Shown piece by piece: positions 40,693 through 49,799 of a stretch of DNA of 64,000 bases. The notes under the pieces were generated by a model. It was not told where the DNA came from. It made no database searches and was given only the letters and a program-made list of their open reading frames with translations. Source of the stretch: a virus. Position numbers and translations under genes: made by a program. Where the stretch lies: positions 62,587 to 126,586 of IMG/VR virus record IMGVR_UViG_3300006339_000005; one strand, written 5' to 3'. Every line of letters begins with the position of its first letter. The first letter of the stretch is position 1.

Positions 40693-40721
40693 TTGACTTT
40701 TCCATAGATTTCTCATATAAT
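40693..40721 (+). promoter_or_regulatory. sigma70-type promoter
   Basis: TTGACT-17nt-TATAAT. Confidence 0.78.
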
Positions 40722-40730
40722 AGTATTATT

Positions 40731-41729
40731 ATGAGTGAACTAGTTCAGAATACATTATTTGCACATATACCAGCAAAACGAAAAACAACTCCAAGCGGAT
40801 GGACTAGTTTCAATGCACCATGTTGTCATCATAATGGTACAAGTCAAGATAAAAGACAACGTGGCGGATTAATATCAAATGCTGATGGTAGTGTAAGTTA
40901 CCATTGTTTCAATTGTGGATTTAAAGCAAGTTGGCAAAGAGGACGCAGACTTTCTAGAAAGATGCGTAGTCTTTTAGAATGGTTAGGCGCATCTGATGAT
41001 TCTATTAATCAACTTGCTCTTGGTGTTTTACAATTCAATGAAGAAAGTGGATTTATTCAACCACTTGTTGAACTTCCAAAATTTAAAGATATAGAACTAC
41101 CAAAAGGTGCTAAACTTATTACAGAATATAGTGATAATAATCTTCTTTTAAAAGTTCTAGATTATATGAAAGGGCGACAACTAAATGTTGAAGATTATGA
41201 TTTTTATTGGAGTCCTGAACTTGGTTATCGTGACAAATTAATTATTCCATTTTATTATTTAACACCTGGATCTGACACTAAAAGATTAGTTGGGTGGACC
41301 GCACGTAGAATTACAAAAGGCAATCCAAAATACTTAACTGATGTACAACCAGGATATGTTTTTAATTTAGATGCTCAAGATTATAGAAGGATTTTTGTGA
41401 TACTTGTAGAAGGTCCTATTGATGCTATAGGCATCGATGCGTGTGCATTAATGGGTAGCGAAGTCAGAGATCAACAAGCACTCTTGCTGAATAGTTTAAA
41501 TAAGCAAGTAATAGTTTTACCAGATAGAGATAAAGCCGGTATTAAATTAGTTGACGATGCTATGGAATTAGGTTGGTCAATTAGTATGCCAGACTGGGAG
41601 GACGATGTAAGAGATGTTAATGACGCAATTAAAAAATACGGGCGAATGTTTACACTTCACACTATTGTTTCATCTTCTGAGGATAATGAATTGAAAATTA
41701 AATTAAGGATGAAAAAATGGTTTGTTTAA
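40731..41729 (+). CDS. DNA primase (gp61-like)
   Basis: Zn finger (PCC..YHCFNCG), TOPRIM VEGPIDA and PDRD. Confidence 0.92.
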   Translation: MSELVQNTLFAHIPAKRKTTPSGWTSFNAPCCHHNGTSQDKRQRGGLISNADGSVSYHCFNCGFKASWQRGRRLSRKMRSLLEWLGASDDSINQLALGVLQFNEESGFIQPLVELPKFKDIELPKGAKLITEYSDNNLLLKVLDYMKGRQLNVEDYDFYWSPELGYRDKLIIPFYYLTPGSDTKRLVGWTARRITKGNPKYLTDVQPGYVFNLDAQDYRRIFVILVEGPIDAIGIDACALMGSEVRDQQALLLNSLNKQVIVLPDRDKAGIKLVDDAMELGWSISMPDWEDDVRDVNDAIKKYGRMFTLHTIVSSSEDNELKIKLRMKKWFV

Positions 41730-41839
41730 AAAAGTTATTGGCAAAAATTTGTACTCCATTTAAAAAGTGGATTGAGGATCGTCGTTTTAAAAAAAGACTT
41801 AAAGAGCTCCAGAAAAAAGATCCGTTTATATACAAATAG
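41717..41839 (+). CDS. Small basic protein (40 aa)
   Basis: MVCLKK..KKRLKELQKKDPFIYK; overlaps primase stop. Confidence 0.55.
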   Translation: MVCLKKLLAKICTPFKKWIEDRRFKKRLKELQKKDPFIYK

Positions 41840-41851
41840 AAAGGAGAAATT

Positions 41852-42001
41852 ATGGCTAAAGGTGGATATAGAAAACCAGCAGGATTTAAACATAAGGAAC
41901 CGTCACCCTGGAAACCCGCAAAACCTAAGAAGACGTATACGGAAAATCCTAAAGGGAAGGTTTGGAGGAAGCCTCCTAAACCAGAAAGCACAACAGATTG
42001 A
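41852..42001 (+). CDS. Small Lys/Pro-rich protein (49 aa)
   Basis: AAGGAG RBS; MAKGGYRKPAGFKHKEPSPWKP. Confidence 0.55.
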   Translation: MAKGGYRKPAGFKHKEPSPWKPAKPKKTYTENPKGKVWRKPPKPESTTD

Positions 42002-42012
42002 AAGGTAGTACA

Positions 42013-42243
42013 ATGTTAAATGATGGAAATGTGGAGGTTGCATACAGACGTATTGAAAAGATAGTAGCAACCTTATGTGAAGATGGCAAGCATACGCCAC
42101 TAGAAGTTGCAGGAGTTATGATGGCTCAAGCTATGCGTATATATAAAACTGCACTCGGGGAAGAAGAGTTTGACAACATGGTTGAAACAATTTTAGAGAC
42201 AAGAAAAGATGTTACACCATTTCAAAAACCAACAATAAACTAA
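42013..42243 (+). CDS. Small hypothetical protein
   Basis: Start refined to 42013. Confidence 0.6.
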   Translation: MLNDGNVEVAYRRIEKIVATLCEDGKHTPLEVAGVMMAQAMRIYKTALGEEEFDNMVETILETRKDVTPFQKPTIN

Positions 42244-42893
42244 TGTCATACGAAATATTAAGACCATTCGGCCCGTCAATATATCATTCAACAATGAATG
42301 AAGAGATGATGGAAACATTAAGAGACATTGTAAAAACAAGTCGCGGTGACGGTTTGGATATGCGTCGACGGTTAGCTGGAAATATTGCTTTGGAAAAACA
42401 ATGGGCGGCTAGTATTGAAATAAAAGAAACATTTTATCATCAATTACTTCCGCATATAAGAGATTTTTTACAATCAGAAACTACTCGATATCAAAGTTTT
42501 TTAATTAAGAAATTTGAAACTACACCTGAGTATGATAAATTGAATTACAGATTTCTTACTGATCCGTGGATTAATTATCAACGAGCAAATGAGTTTAATC
42601 CAATCCATGCTCACTATGGTCACTATAGTTCTGTACTATATATAGATGTACCGGAGGAGATTGCAAAAGAAAACGAAGAGAATGAAAGTAGTACTAATAT
42701 GACTTGCAAGGGCCAAATAGAATTTATTTTTGGTACAGACCAATTAGGGTCAAATGGAACACATAAAATTATTCCCAAGACAGGGGATATTTTATTGTTT
42801 GATGCACTATTAAAACATTGTGTATATCCATTTACAAGTGATGTAGAACGAATTAGTATGAGTTTTAATGTAGGTGATATAAACTTTGATTAA
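42243..42893 (+). CDS. 2OG-Fe(II) oxygenase-like protein
   Basis: WINYQ..FNPIHAH..SSVLYI..PKTGDILLF..HCVYPF..RISMSFN. Confidence 0.85.
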   Translation: MSYEILRPFGPSIYHSTMNEEMMETLRDIVKTSRGDGLDMRRRLAGNIALEKQWAASIEIKETFYHQLLPHIRDFLQSETTRYQSFLIKKFETTPEYDKLNYRFLTDPWINYQRANEFNPIHAHYGHYSSVLYIDVPEEIAKENEENESSTNMTCKGQIEFIFGTDQLGSNGTHKIIPKTGDILLFDALLKHCVYPFTSDVERISMSFNVGDINFD

Positions 42894-42902
42894 GGAGACG
42901 TT

Positions 42903-43256
42903 ATGTTAGAAGGACACTTTATAGATCCAGCAGATATGTATGACCGTCAGCAGAACAAACGAATAAATGATTTTGTTATGGTGTATTGTCCAAAGTGTAG
43001 TCAACGGGTGGAGTTCCCGATTAAGCATGATAAGTCTGATGGATCATATTTTCAAGCAGTTAACATTCCAACAGAGATTGCTTTAAAGATGAAATGGAAA
43101 GATCCTATTATGTGTGAAAGCTGTGACGCTAAATTAGATCTTGAAGCTGTATATGAGAAGCCACAGCGTGTTGAGTTAAAAGTAAAATTAGATTGTTCAG
43201 AGATGCCAAAGGGAATGGATTCATGGTATGATGAACACGGAAGAGGATATGATTAA
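42903..43256 (+). CDS. Zn-ribbon protein
   Basis: CPKC..CESC. Confidence 0.6.
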   Translation: MLEGHFIDPADMYDRQQNKRINDFVMVYCPKCSQRVEFPIKHDKSDGSYFQAVNIPTEIALKMKWKDPIMCESCDAKLDLEAVYEKPQRVELKVKLDCSEMPKGMDSWYDEHGRGYD

Positions 43257-43265
43257 GGAGAACTT

Positions 43266-43853
43266 ATGCCAAATTTAATACCTATGGTTGTTGAGTCAAC
43301 CAACAAGGGCGAACGTGCTTATGACATTTATAGTAGGCTACTAAAAGATAGAATTATCTTTTTAACAGGACCAATTGACGAAGATAGTGCCGCTTCAGTT
43401 TGTGCTCAATTACTATTTTTAGAATCAGTTAGTAAGGATAAAGATATTTCTATGTACATACAATCGCCAGGTGGATATGTTCATTCAGGATTAGCAATTT
43501 ATGATACAATGCAATATGTTAAACCTGATGTATCAACTGCTTGTATTGGCATGGCCGCATCAGCTGGTTCATTGTTATTAATGGCGGGAGCAAACGGAAA
43601 ACGTATTGCTTTACCTAATAGTAAAATAATGATTCACCAACCATCGGGTGGATTTAGAGGACAAGCAACTGACATGGAAATTCATGTTAAGGATATACTT
43701 GAAACAAAAGAACGTTTGAATAGATTGTATGCTAAACACACAAAGCAAGACCTAAAGGTTGTTACAGAAGCAATGGAACGTGATAAGTTTATGACACCCG
43801 AGGAGGCTATTAGTTTTGGTTTGATTGACAAAATTGAGGAGCACCGTAAGTGA
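43266..43853 (+). CDS. clpP: ATP-dependent Clp protease proteolytic subunit
   Basis: [25 protein letters not shown] (Ser), MIHQP (His), ERD (Asp). Confidence 0.97.
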   Translation: MPNLIPMVVESTNKGERAYDIYSRLLKDRIIFLTGPIDEDSAASVCAQLLFLESVSKDKDISMYIQSPGGYVHSGLAIYDTMQYVKPDVSTACIGMAASAGSLLLMAGANGKRIALPNSKIMIHQPSGGFRGQATDMEIHVKDILETKERLNRLYAKHTKQDLKVVTEAMERDKFMTPEEAISFGLIDKIEEHRK

Positions 43854-44836
43854 TAACCTGGGGTATCGTAGGTAATAGTCATGATGCCAGTATAGCAGTT
43901 TTTGACGGTGAAAAACTTTTATGGGCCGCTTTGGCTAAAGACTTTTCGAAAGTAGACAACGATCCTCATTTAAATCCTGAACTTGTTAACGCCGCTAAAG
44001 AAGCCGGTGGTTGGCGAATGCCAGACAAAGTTGTATGGTATGAAACTCCCTTTCTAAAAACTCTTAGACAATGGTGGGCTGGCCAAGGCTGGTTACAAAA
44101 AGAAAATAATATTCACAAATATTTAAGACAATGGGATATTAAGTGTCCTATTAAATTTGCTATTCATCATAATAGTCATGCCGCATATGGTTATTATACT
44201 AGTGGACTTCCTAATGCAACTGTAATAGTTTTAGACAGCATTGGTGAGTGGGAATGTTTTACTATATGGGCGTGTTATGATGATAAGATGAAAAAAATTT
44301 ATTCACAAAAGTATCCACATAGTATAGGACTATTTTATTCAGCATTGACACAACGTCTTGGGTTTAAAGCAAACCGAGACGAATATAAAGTTGATCCTTT
44401 GGGCACACCTATTAAAGTAGAAGAAAATATAAACTTACTAAATGATCTATTAAGTACTTTCGTAGAAGGTCCATTAAATGGAGACTTACCTGGAGTTAAG
44501 TTTAAAGTTAATATGCATAAAGGATGTGATTGGTATAAACCAGAATTAAAATCAGATATGGATATGGCAAGACTTGCAAGTGCAACTCAATGTGCATTTG
44601 AGTTAATGCTTAAATCAAACACTAAATGGTGTTGGAATCATTTACCAAGTCGCAATCTTATTATAACAGGAGGGTGTGCATTAAATAAGACAGCAGTCAA
44701 CATGGTTAAGAAAGGTTGGCATAATGTTTGGGTACCACCAAACCCAGGAGATCCAGGTTCATGTATTGGCGGTGTATTGGCATCGACAAAACAACATATT
44801 GACTTTGATTCTAAAATATGGTATAATAACAACTAA
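43850..44836 (+). CDS. Carbamoyltransferase N-terminal (Kae1-like) domain only
   Basis: [39 protein letters not shown]; ends before a YrdC-like domain. Confidence 0.85.
   Translation: MITWGIVGNSHDASIAVFDGEKLLWAALAKDFSKVDNDPHLNPELVNAAKEAGGWRMPDKVVWYETPFLKTLRQWWAGQGWLQKENNIHKYLRQWDIKCPIKFAIHHNSHAAYGYYTSGLPNATVIVLDSIGEWECFTIWACYDDKMKKIYSQKYPHSIGLFYSALTQRLGFKANRDEYKVDPLGTPIKVEENINLLNDLLSTFVEGPLNGDLPGVKFKVNMHKGCDWYKPELKSDMDMARLASATQCAFELMLKSNTKWCWNHLPSRNLIITGGCALNKTAVNMVKKGWHNVWVPPNPGDPGSCIGGVLASTKQHIDFDSKIWYNNN
44799..44827 (+). promoter_or_regulatory. sigma70-type promoter with extended -10
   Basis: TTGACT-17nt-TATAAT with TGn. Confidence 0.78.
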
Positions 44837-46254
44837 TGACTAAACAAAATATAGATTACAGTTACAATATACAAAAAACTTATTTGGAAATAATGTTAAG
44901 TGATGCACAAACTTTTGTGCGTTGCCAAGGTATATTTGACCCAACTTTATTTGATCGTAAGTTACAAACTACTGCACAATTCTTACAAGACTTTGTTGCT
45001 GAACATAATGTACTTCCAACACAAGACATTATAAACAGTTCGTGTGATGTAAAATTAGAACCTTCTAAGGACTTAAACGAACAGCATTATGATTGGTTAT
45101 TAAAGGACTTTGAAACTTTTTGTAGACATAAAAGTTTAGAAAAAGCTATTCTTGAAAGTGCTGACTTATTAGAAAAAGGCGAGTATGGACCTGTAGAAGA
45201 TCTAGTAAAAAAAGCAGTACAAATTGGTTTGCAAAAAGATCTTGGAACTGATTATTTTAAAGAACCTAAGCAAAGGTTGTTAGCTTTAAAAAATAACAAC
45301 GGACAAGTAAGTACGGGTTGGGAAACATTAGATAGAAAGTTATTTGGTGGTTTTAATAGTGGTGAACTTAATATATTTGCAGGTGGATCAGGTGCAGGTA
45401 AATCTTTATTTCTAGCTAACATGGGCGTTAATTGGGTATTGAAAGGACTTAATGTTGTATTAATAACATTAGAACTTTCTGAACAATTAGTTGCTATGCG
45501 TTTAGATAGTATGTTAACTGAAGTGCCAACTAGAGAAATATTTAAAGATCTTGATGGTATTGAAATGAAAGTTAGATTAGTTGGTAGAAAAGCCGGAGCA
45601 TTTCAAATTAAGTATATGTCAAGTGGTAAAAATACAAATGATATTAGAAGCTTCGTTAAAGAATATGAAATTAAAACAGGACTTAAAATTGATGTACTAT
45701 TAGTAGATTATTTAGACTTGTTAATGCCATTAAGTAAAAAAGTATCACCTAGTGATTTATATGTTAAAGATAAATTTGTATCAGAAGAACTAAGAAATTT
45801 AGCAATGGAATTAGGAATTATATTTGTAACAGCATCACAGTTAAACAGACAAAGTGTTGAAGAAATAGAATTTGATCATTCACATATTGCAGGTGGATTA
45901 AGTAAAATCCAAACAGCAGATAATGTTATAGGTATCTTTACAAGTAGGGCTATGCGTGAGCGTGGACGTTATCAAATACAATTAATGAAGACTAGATCAT
46001 CAAGTGGTATAGGAAGCAAAATTGATTTAATGTTTGATGTTGATAGCTTACGTATTACAGATCTAGATGAAGAAGAATCATATAGTGGTGCTACTAGTAA
46101 CTCGCCTATACTAGCAGGGTTAAAGAAAACAAGTACAGTAGAAGAAGATGAACCAATAAAAGAACCTAATGAAGGTATGGCAGTACCAAAGGTTCATGCA
46201 GAAACAGATTCAACAAAATTAAGACAGTTTTTAAACAACCTTAATACAGATTAG
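44836..46254 (+). CDS. Replicative DNA helicase (gp41/DnaB-like)
   Basis: GGSGAGKS, LELSE, VDYLDL, ASQLNR, QLMKTR. Confidence 0.95.
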   Translation: MTKQNIDYSYNIQKTYLEIMLSDAQTFVRCQGIFDPTLFDRKLQTTAQFLQDFVAEHNVLPTQDIINSSCDVKLEPSKDLNEQHYDWLLKDFETFCRHKSLEKAILESADLLEKGEYGPVEDLVKKAVQIGLQKDLGTDYFKEPKQRLLALKNNNGQVSTGWETLDRKLFGGFNSGELNIFAGGSGAGKSLFLANMGVNWVLKGLNVVLITLELSEQLVAMRLDSMLTEVPTREIFKDLDGIEMKVRLVGRKAGAFQIKYMSSGKNTNDIRSFVKEYEIKTGLKIDVLLVDYLDLLMPLSKKVSPSDLYVKDKFVSEELRNLAMELGIIFVTASQLNRQSVEEIEFDHSHIAGGLSKIQTADNVIGIFTSRAMRERGRYQIQLMKTRSSSGIGSKIDLMFDVDSLRITDLDEEESYSGATSNSPILAGLKKTSTVEEDEPIKEPNEGMAVPKVHAETDSTKLRQFLNNLNTD

Positions 46255-46262
46255 GAGGTCAC

Positions 46263-46373
46263 ATGAAAAGACCGTGGCGGGATCAGATTAGAGATTTACT
46301 AATGAGGTTAGCTTTTGCTATACCAATATCAGGAGCGTTATTCTGGATAGCGTATAATCTACCGGACAAGTAA
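46263..46373 (+). CDS. Small membrane protein (36 aa)
   Basis: GGAGG RBS, hydrophobic helix. Confidence 0.5.
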   Translation: MKRPWRDQIRDLLMRLAFAIPISGALFWIAYNLPDK

Positions 46374-46374
46374 T

Positions 46375-47181
46375 ATGAGAACTTTACACATCTTTGGAGA
46401 TAGTTTTTCACAGCCATTTAAAGAAGACTGGGTATGGCCTAACCAGATAGGTAAGAAGTTAAAAGTTAATGCTTTAAGTAATAATTCTCATATAGGTGTT
46501 AGTAACGATTGGATATTTTCTAACATCCGTGAGGCGATACTGGGCAAACAAAAAGTTCCTTTAATAAAAAATGATGTTGTTATAGTTGTATTAACATCAC
46601 CTCATCGCTATTGGTTCTTTAAAGATAAACCGCAATTCTCAAATTATATGATTAGTAATTGGGATGAATTTGTGCCAAAGAACAAAATAGATGCTATAAA
46701 GGGTTATACTAATCATATACAAAGAGACGAACTAGACCTGATTAGAATGGAATTTCAAGTAGGTTGGCTTAAACAAATGCATAATCAAATTGGGTTTGAC
46801 TTATTAATAATTCCGGGATTTTCTTTAACTGTTGACTTTAGTGGCATACCTGAAGTGCTAGGAGACTTAACAGGATCAGTATCAAACGCAGAATTTGTAA
46901 CTCCTGGAGAAGATACTAATTGGTATAGGCAAGGTATTGATACTCGCTATAATCATTTATGTAAAGACAATCACGACATACTAGCTGACAAGTGTGTAAG
47001 CAGTTTAATGACTGGAAGAACTTTAGATTTATGTGTAGGATTTAAACGACATTTTTTAAGAGCTGATGAAAGATATACAAGCAAACAAGTTGGTCCTAGT
47101 TTAATTCCACACGCTAAAGAATTAACAGAAAGCTCGGTTAGGAATAGTACATCTCCACACTGGCTTACTGATGATAAGTAG
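46375..47181 (+). CDS. SGNH-hydrolase-like hypothetical protein
   Basis: IFGDSFS, GVSN, late NH motif. Confidence 0.5.
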   Translation: MRTLHIFGDSFSQPFKEDWVWPNQIGKKLKVNALSNNSHIGVSNDWIFSNIREAILGKQKVPLIKNDVVIVVLTSPHRYWFFKDKPQFSNYMISNWDEFVPKNKIDAIKGYTNHIQRDELDLIRMEFQVGWLKQMHNQIGFDLLIIPGFSLTVDFSGIPEVLGDLTGSVSNAEFVTPGEDTNWYRQGIDTRYNHLCKDNHDILADKCVSSLMTGRTLDLCVGFKRHFLRADERYTSKQVGPSLIPHAKELTESSVRNSTSPHWLTDDK

Positions 47182-47199
47182 TTTTAAGGATTAGTAAAA

Positions 47200-47664
47200 A
47201 TGGAATTAGTTAATAATTACGAAAAATGGATTAGTGATGAATGGCTTGATTACATTTCCAAGAATGAAGGTTTAAAACAAAACGGTAGTTATAATAAAAC
47301 ACCCGGCGAGCATTATCCGTTTGAAGGATTCAGTTGGGAATTATTTGATCGACATAACACTGATTTTAAAATATCTCCACCGCCTATGTTTAACACGCAT
47401 ATATGGCAATGGTGGATTAAGAAGTTACTACCCGGTGACGGATTTCCTGTAGTAAGACTAACCGAAACAACAAGGCGTTTATGGATGCCTTTAACTGATT
47501 ATCAATTAGGTCATGTCTTTATATGGGAGGACAGAATGATTGCTCCTTTTAATAAAGGTGACTTGTTTGAGTTTGAACAAAACTCTCCTTACGCCGCAGT
47601 TAATTTAGGTACAGGTCCATTTTATATGATGATGTTCTCACTAGCTAGAGAACCTCAATGGTAG
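47200..47664 (+). CDS. Degenerate 2OG-oxygenase/cupin-like protein
   Basis: KKLLPG..RRLWMPLTDYQLGHVF..KGDLF..AAVNLG without the HxD..H ligands. Confidence 0.45.
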   Translation: MELVNNYEKWISDEWLDYISKNEGLKQNGSYNKTPGEHYPFEGFSWELFDRHNTDFKISPPPMFNTHIWQWWIKKLLPGDGFPVVRLTETTRRLWMPLTDYQLGHVFIWEDRMIAPFNKGDLFEFEQNSPYAAVNLGTGPFYMMMFSLAREPQW

Positions 47665-47747
47665 CCTGACCTAAATAAATCTAGCTAAATATAGCTACGT
47701 AGTACAAATTTCTTACATCTATTTTCATAACTATAAAGGAATAATAA

Positions 47748-48158
47748 GTGTTACGAAAGTATCTTATTATAGGCATATTTCTATTGCTTGGAGGGTGCGG
47801 TTTTATTCCTTGGCAATTGAGTGTTGCATTAAATGGCGCTGATCTTATTTCTGCCGGAACAACTAATAAAACTTTAGGCGAACACGCTGTAAGTGGTGCC
47901 ACTGGTAAAGACTGTCAGTGGTATAGATTAATAGACGGTGAAAAAGCGTGTATGACTAAGGAAGAAGAACTGGAATATCTATTAAACAAAAACTGTGATG
48001 TTTATGCTTTTAATGTTATGAATATTCCATTAGTTAAGACTGCACGTGAAGAACTACTCCCAGAATGCGAAGAAATACTTACACCTGTTGACGAACCTGT
48101 TGACGAAACAGCCTGTTGCGATCCTATGGGAGTGCGAGACTGTCCAAAGGAATGTTGA
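47748..48158 (+). CDS. Putative lipoprotein, Cys-rich
   Basis: GTG start, LLLGGC lipobox-like; TAAATA motifs at 47672 and 47686. Confidence 0.6.
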   Translation: MLRKYLIIGIFLLLGGCGFIPWQLSVALNGADLISAGTTNKTLGEHAVSGATGKDCQWYRLIDGEKACMTKEEELEYLLNKNCDVYAFNVMNIPLVKTAREELLPECEEILTPVDEPVDETACCDPMGVRDCPKEC

Positions 48159-48172
48159 ACCCAAAATAATGG

Positions 48173-48201
48173 TTGACTTTATACATTAAAAGTTGTATAC
48201 T
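48173..48201 (+). promoter_or_regulatory. sigma70-type promoter
   Basis: TTGACT-17nt-TATACT. Confidence 0.72.
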
Positions 48202-48207
48202 ATTGTT

Positions 48208-48339
48208 ATGTTAGAGAATAAAACAAATTTAGAAAAGAAGCTCGATAACATTAACCATACTATGGAACTTGTTAGAACTATTGTTCCTTTAATAATATTA
48301 GTCTTGCAAGTAGTAATTTTGGTTAAGTTGTTCGCGTAG
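48208..48339 (+). CDS. Small membrane protein (43 aa)
   Basis: Directly behind promoter; C-terminal hydrophobic helix. Confidence 0.55.
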   Translation: MLENKTNLEKKLDNINHTMELVRTIVPLIILVLQVVILVKLFA

Positions 48340-48435
48340 AAAGAAGAACAAGATACGTTTCGAACAACGTCGAAAAAAGCACTTTCAACCACTAAGATAC
48401 CGCTTTTGCAGAACTTTGCTAAATACTACTTTAGT

Positions 48436-48708
48436 ATGCCGAGCGAACTCTTAAATACTAAAAACACTTCCAAAACAACTCATACCATTACCAATTCAAA
48501 TTTTAAAGACGTAGAACTAGTCAAACTCATGACCGACGCCTTACGTAATTACACTCGTTATAGAGTTCGTGTGGAGGGCTGGTCTAAAGAGTACAGCAGG
48601 CATTTTGAATCAGATATCAAAACTATTGAACATTGGAACACATTAGACTTTAACTATGATCCACTGTACAATACATTTGTTTTTACGCACAGGAGGAAAA
48701 AACAATGA
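48436..48708 (+). CDS. Hypothetical protein
   Basis: TAAATA at 48420-48425; ATGA-coupled to the aaRS-like gene. Confidence 0.55.
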   Translation: MPSELLNTKNTSKTTHTITNSNFKDVELVKLMTDALRNYTRYRVRVEGWSKEYSRHFESDIKTIEHWNTLDFNYDPLYNTFVFTHRRKKQ

Positions 48709-49556
48709 CCCAACTTATCAATCCGGAGCACTTTACCGAAACTGTCGGCCTATTAAGGTCGTTTTTTTTGGATAGGGGATTTCAAGAAGTACACACACAA
48801 AACAGATTAAGCATACTGGCGGCTTGTGAAGATCCAACCACAGTAAGCACTTATAATTACGCCGGCAATGTTTGGCCGTTACCACAGACAGGCCAAATGT
48901 GGCTAGAATACGAACTACTTACACGCCCCTCTTCGAAGGGGTTTTTTTGTGTCTCCACTTCCTACAGACAGGAACCAAACCCAATTGAAGGACGACACGA
49001 TCTAATATTTCCGATGTTTGAGTTTGAGTTTCCTGGTACAATCACGGAGCTGGAGAATATGGAAAAGGAGCTTATAGCACACATGGGTTATGGAACTCAA
49101 GATGAAGTAATTGCTAAAGACTATAGCAAATGGGCAGAAGAATTTGGAGTAGAAGAACTAACTCATACTGAAGAAGAGCTTATGCATAAACAGTGGCAAG
49201 GCAGAGTATGTATGATTAAAAACTTTCCAAACCACACTAGTCCATTTTGGAATATGAAACAAAACGGAGACGGAACTGCCGCTAAGATAGATGTTATTAT
49301 ATCAGGACAAGAAACAATAGGATCAGCTGAACGAAGTAGTGATCCGGATGAAATGTGGCATCAGTTTCATACAATAAGTGAAGGAATGTATGCAGAATTA
49401 TTGTTTGGACAGTTTGGTAAAGAACGTGTAGAAAAAGAATTAAAAGACTTTTTAGCCCATGACTTTATACCTAGAGTAGGCGGAGGTATTGGTTTAACTA
49501 GATTAATTCGTGCAAACGAAGATTATAAAGCTAGGGGATTACACGCTCATATGTAA
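48705..49556 (+). CDS. Class IIb (Asp/Asn) aminoacyl-tRNA synthetase paralog, catalytic domain only
   Basis: Motif 2 SYRQE..RH..FPMFEFE, ETIGSAER, motif 3 GGGIGLTRL; 283 aa, no N-terminal anticodon-binding OB fold. Confidence 0.88.
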   Translation: MTQLINPEHFTETVGLLRSFFLDRGFQEVHTQNRLSILAACEDPTTVSTYNYAGNVWPLPQTGQMWLEYELLTRPSSKGFFCVSTSYRQEPNPIEGRHDLIFPMFEFEFPGTITELENMEKELIAHMGYGTQDEVIAKDYSKWAEEFGVEELTHTEEELMHKQWQGRVCMIKNFPNHTSPFWNMKQNGDGTAAKIDVIISGQETIGSAERSSDPDEMWHQFHTISEGMYAELLFGQFGKERVEKELKDFLAHDFIPRVGGGIGLTRLIRANEDYKARGLHAHM

Positions 49557-49561
49557 GACGA

Positions 49562-49648
49562 TCCGGGGTGGTGGAAACGGTAGACACGATAGCCTGTTTA
49601 GCTATTGCTTGGGAGAGCGTGGAGGTTCGAATCCTCCCCCCGGAGCCA
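49562..49648 (+). tRNA. Atypical tRNA, anticodon GTT (Asn) on a class II long-variable-arm body, encoded CCA
   Basis: Acceptor TCCGGGG/CCCCGGA, D arm GTG..CAC, anticodon stem ATAGC/GCTAT with loop CTGTTTA, variable arm GCTT-GGGA-GAGC, T arm GGAGG-TTCGAAT-CCTCC, G73-CCA. Confidence 0.9.
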
Positions 49649-49799
49649 ACTTTGGATTAGTAAGATGATCTAACGTAATTATTTGATCAAGAGGAATCAT
49701 TTTAGGATTAACTTTTTTAGGCTTTACAAATTGATGTCTAAGTTGTTTGTCTAACTTTTTTTGTTGCCTCATTATATGTCTGTCTGAATGTTTAGCCAT
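49602..49799 (-). CDS. Small basic hypothetical protein; 3' end antisense to the tRNA
   Basis: Start overlaps upstream gene end; last ~15 codons read through the tRNA reverse complement. Confidence 0.5.
   Translation of the reverse strand: MAKHSDRHIMRQQKKLDKQLRHQFVKPKKVNPKMIPLDQIITLDHLTNPKLAPGGGFEPPRSPKQ

Noticed and set aside
48083-48106. 12-bp tandem repeat ACCTGTTGACGA x2
   Set aside because: Two copies encoding a PVDE linker; no array structure.
48705-49556. Full canonical AsnRS/AspRS
   Set aside because: No N-terminal OB domain; the upstream coupled ORF shows no OB-fold pattern I can recognise.
49562-49648. Calling the tRNA an ordinary tRNA-Leu
   Set aside because: Body is Leu-like, but the only 5-bp/7-nt anticodon arm gives GTT, and the discriminator is G rather than A.
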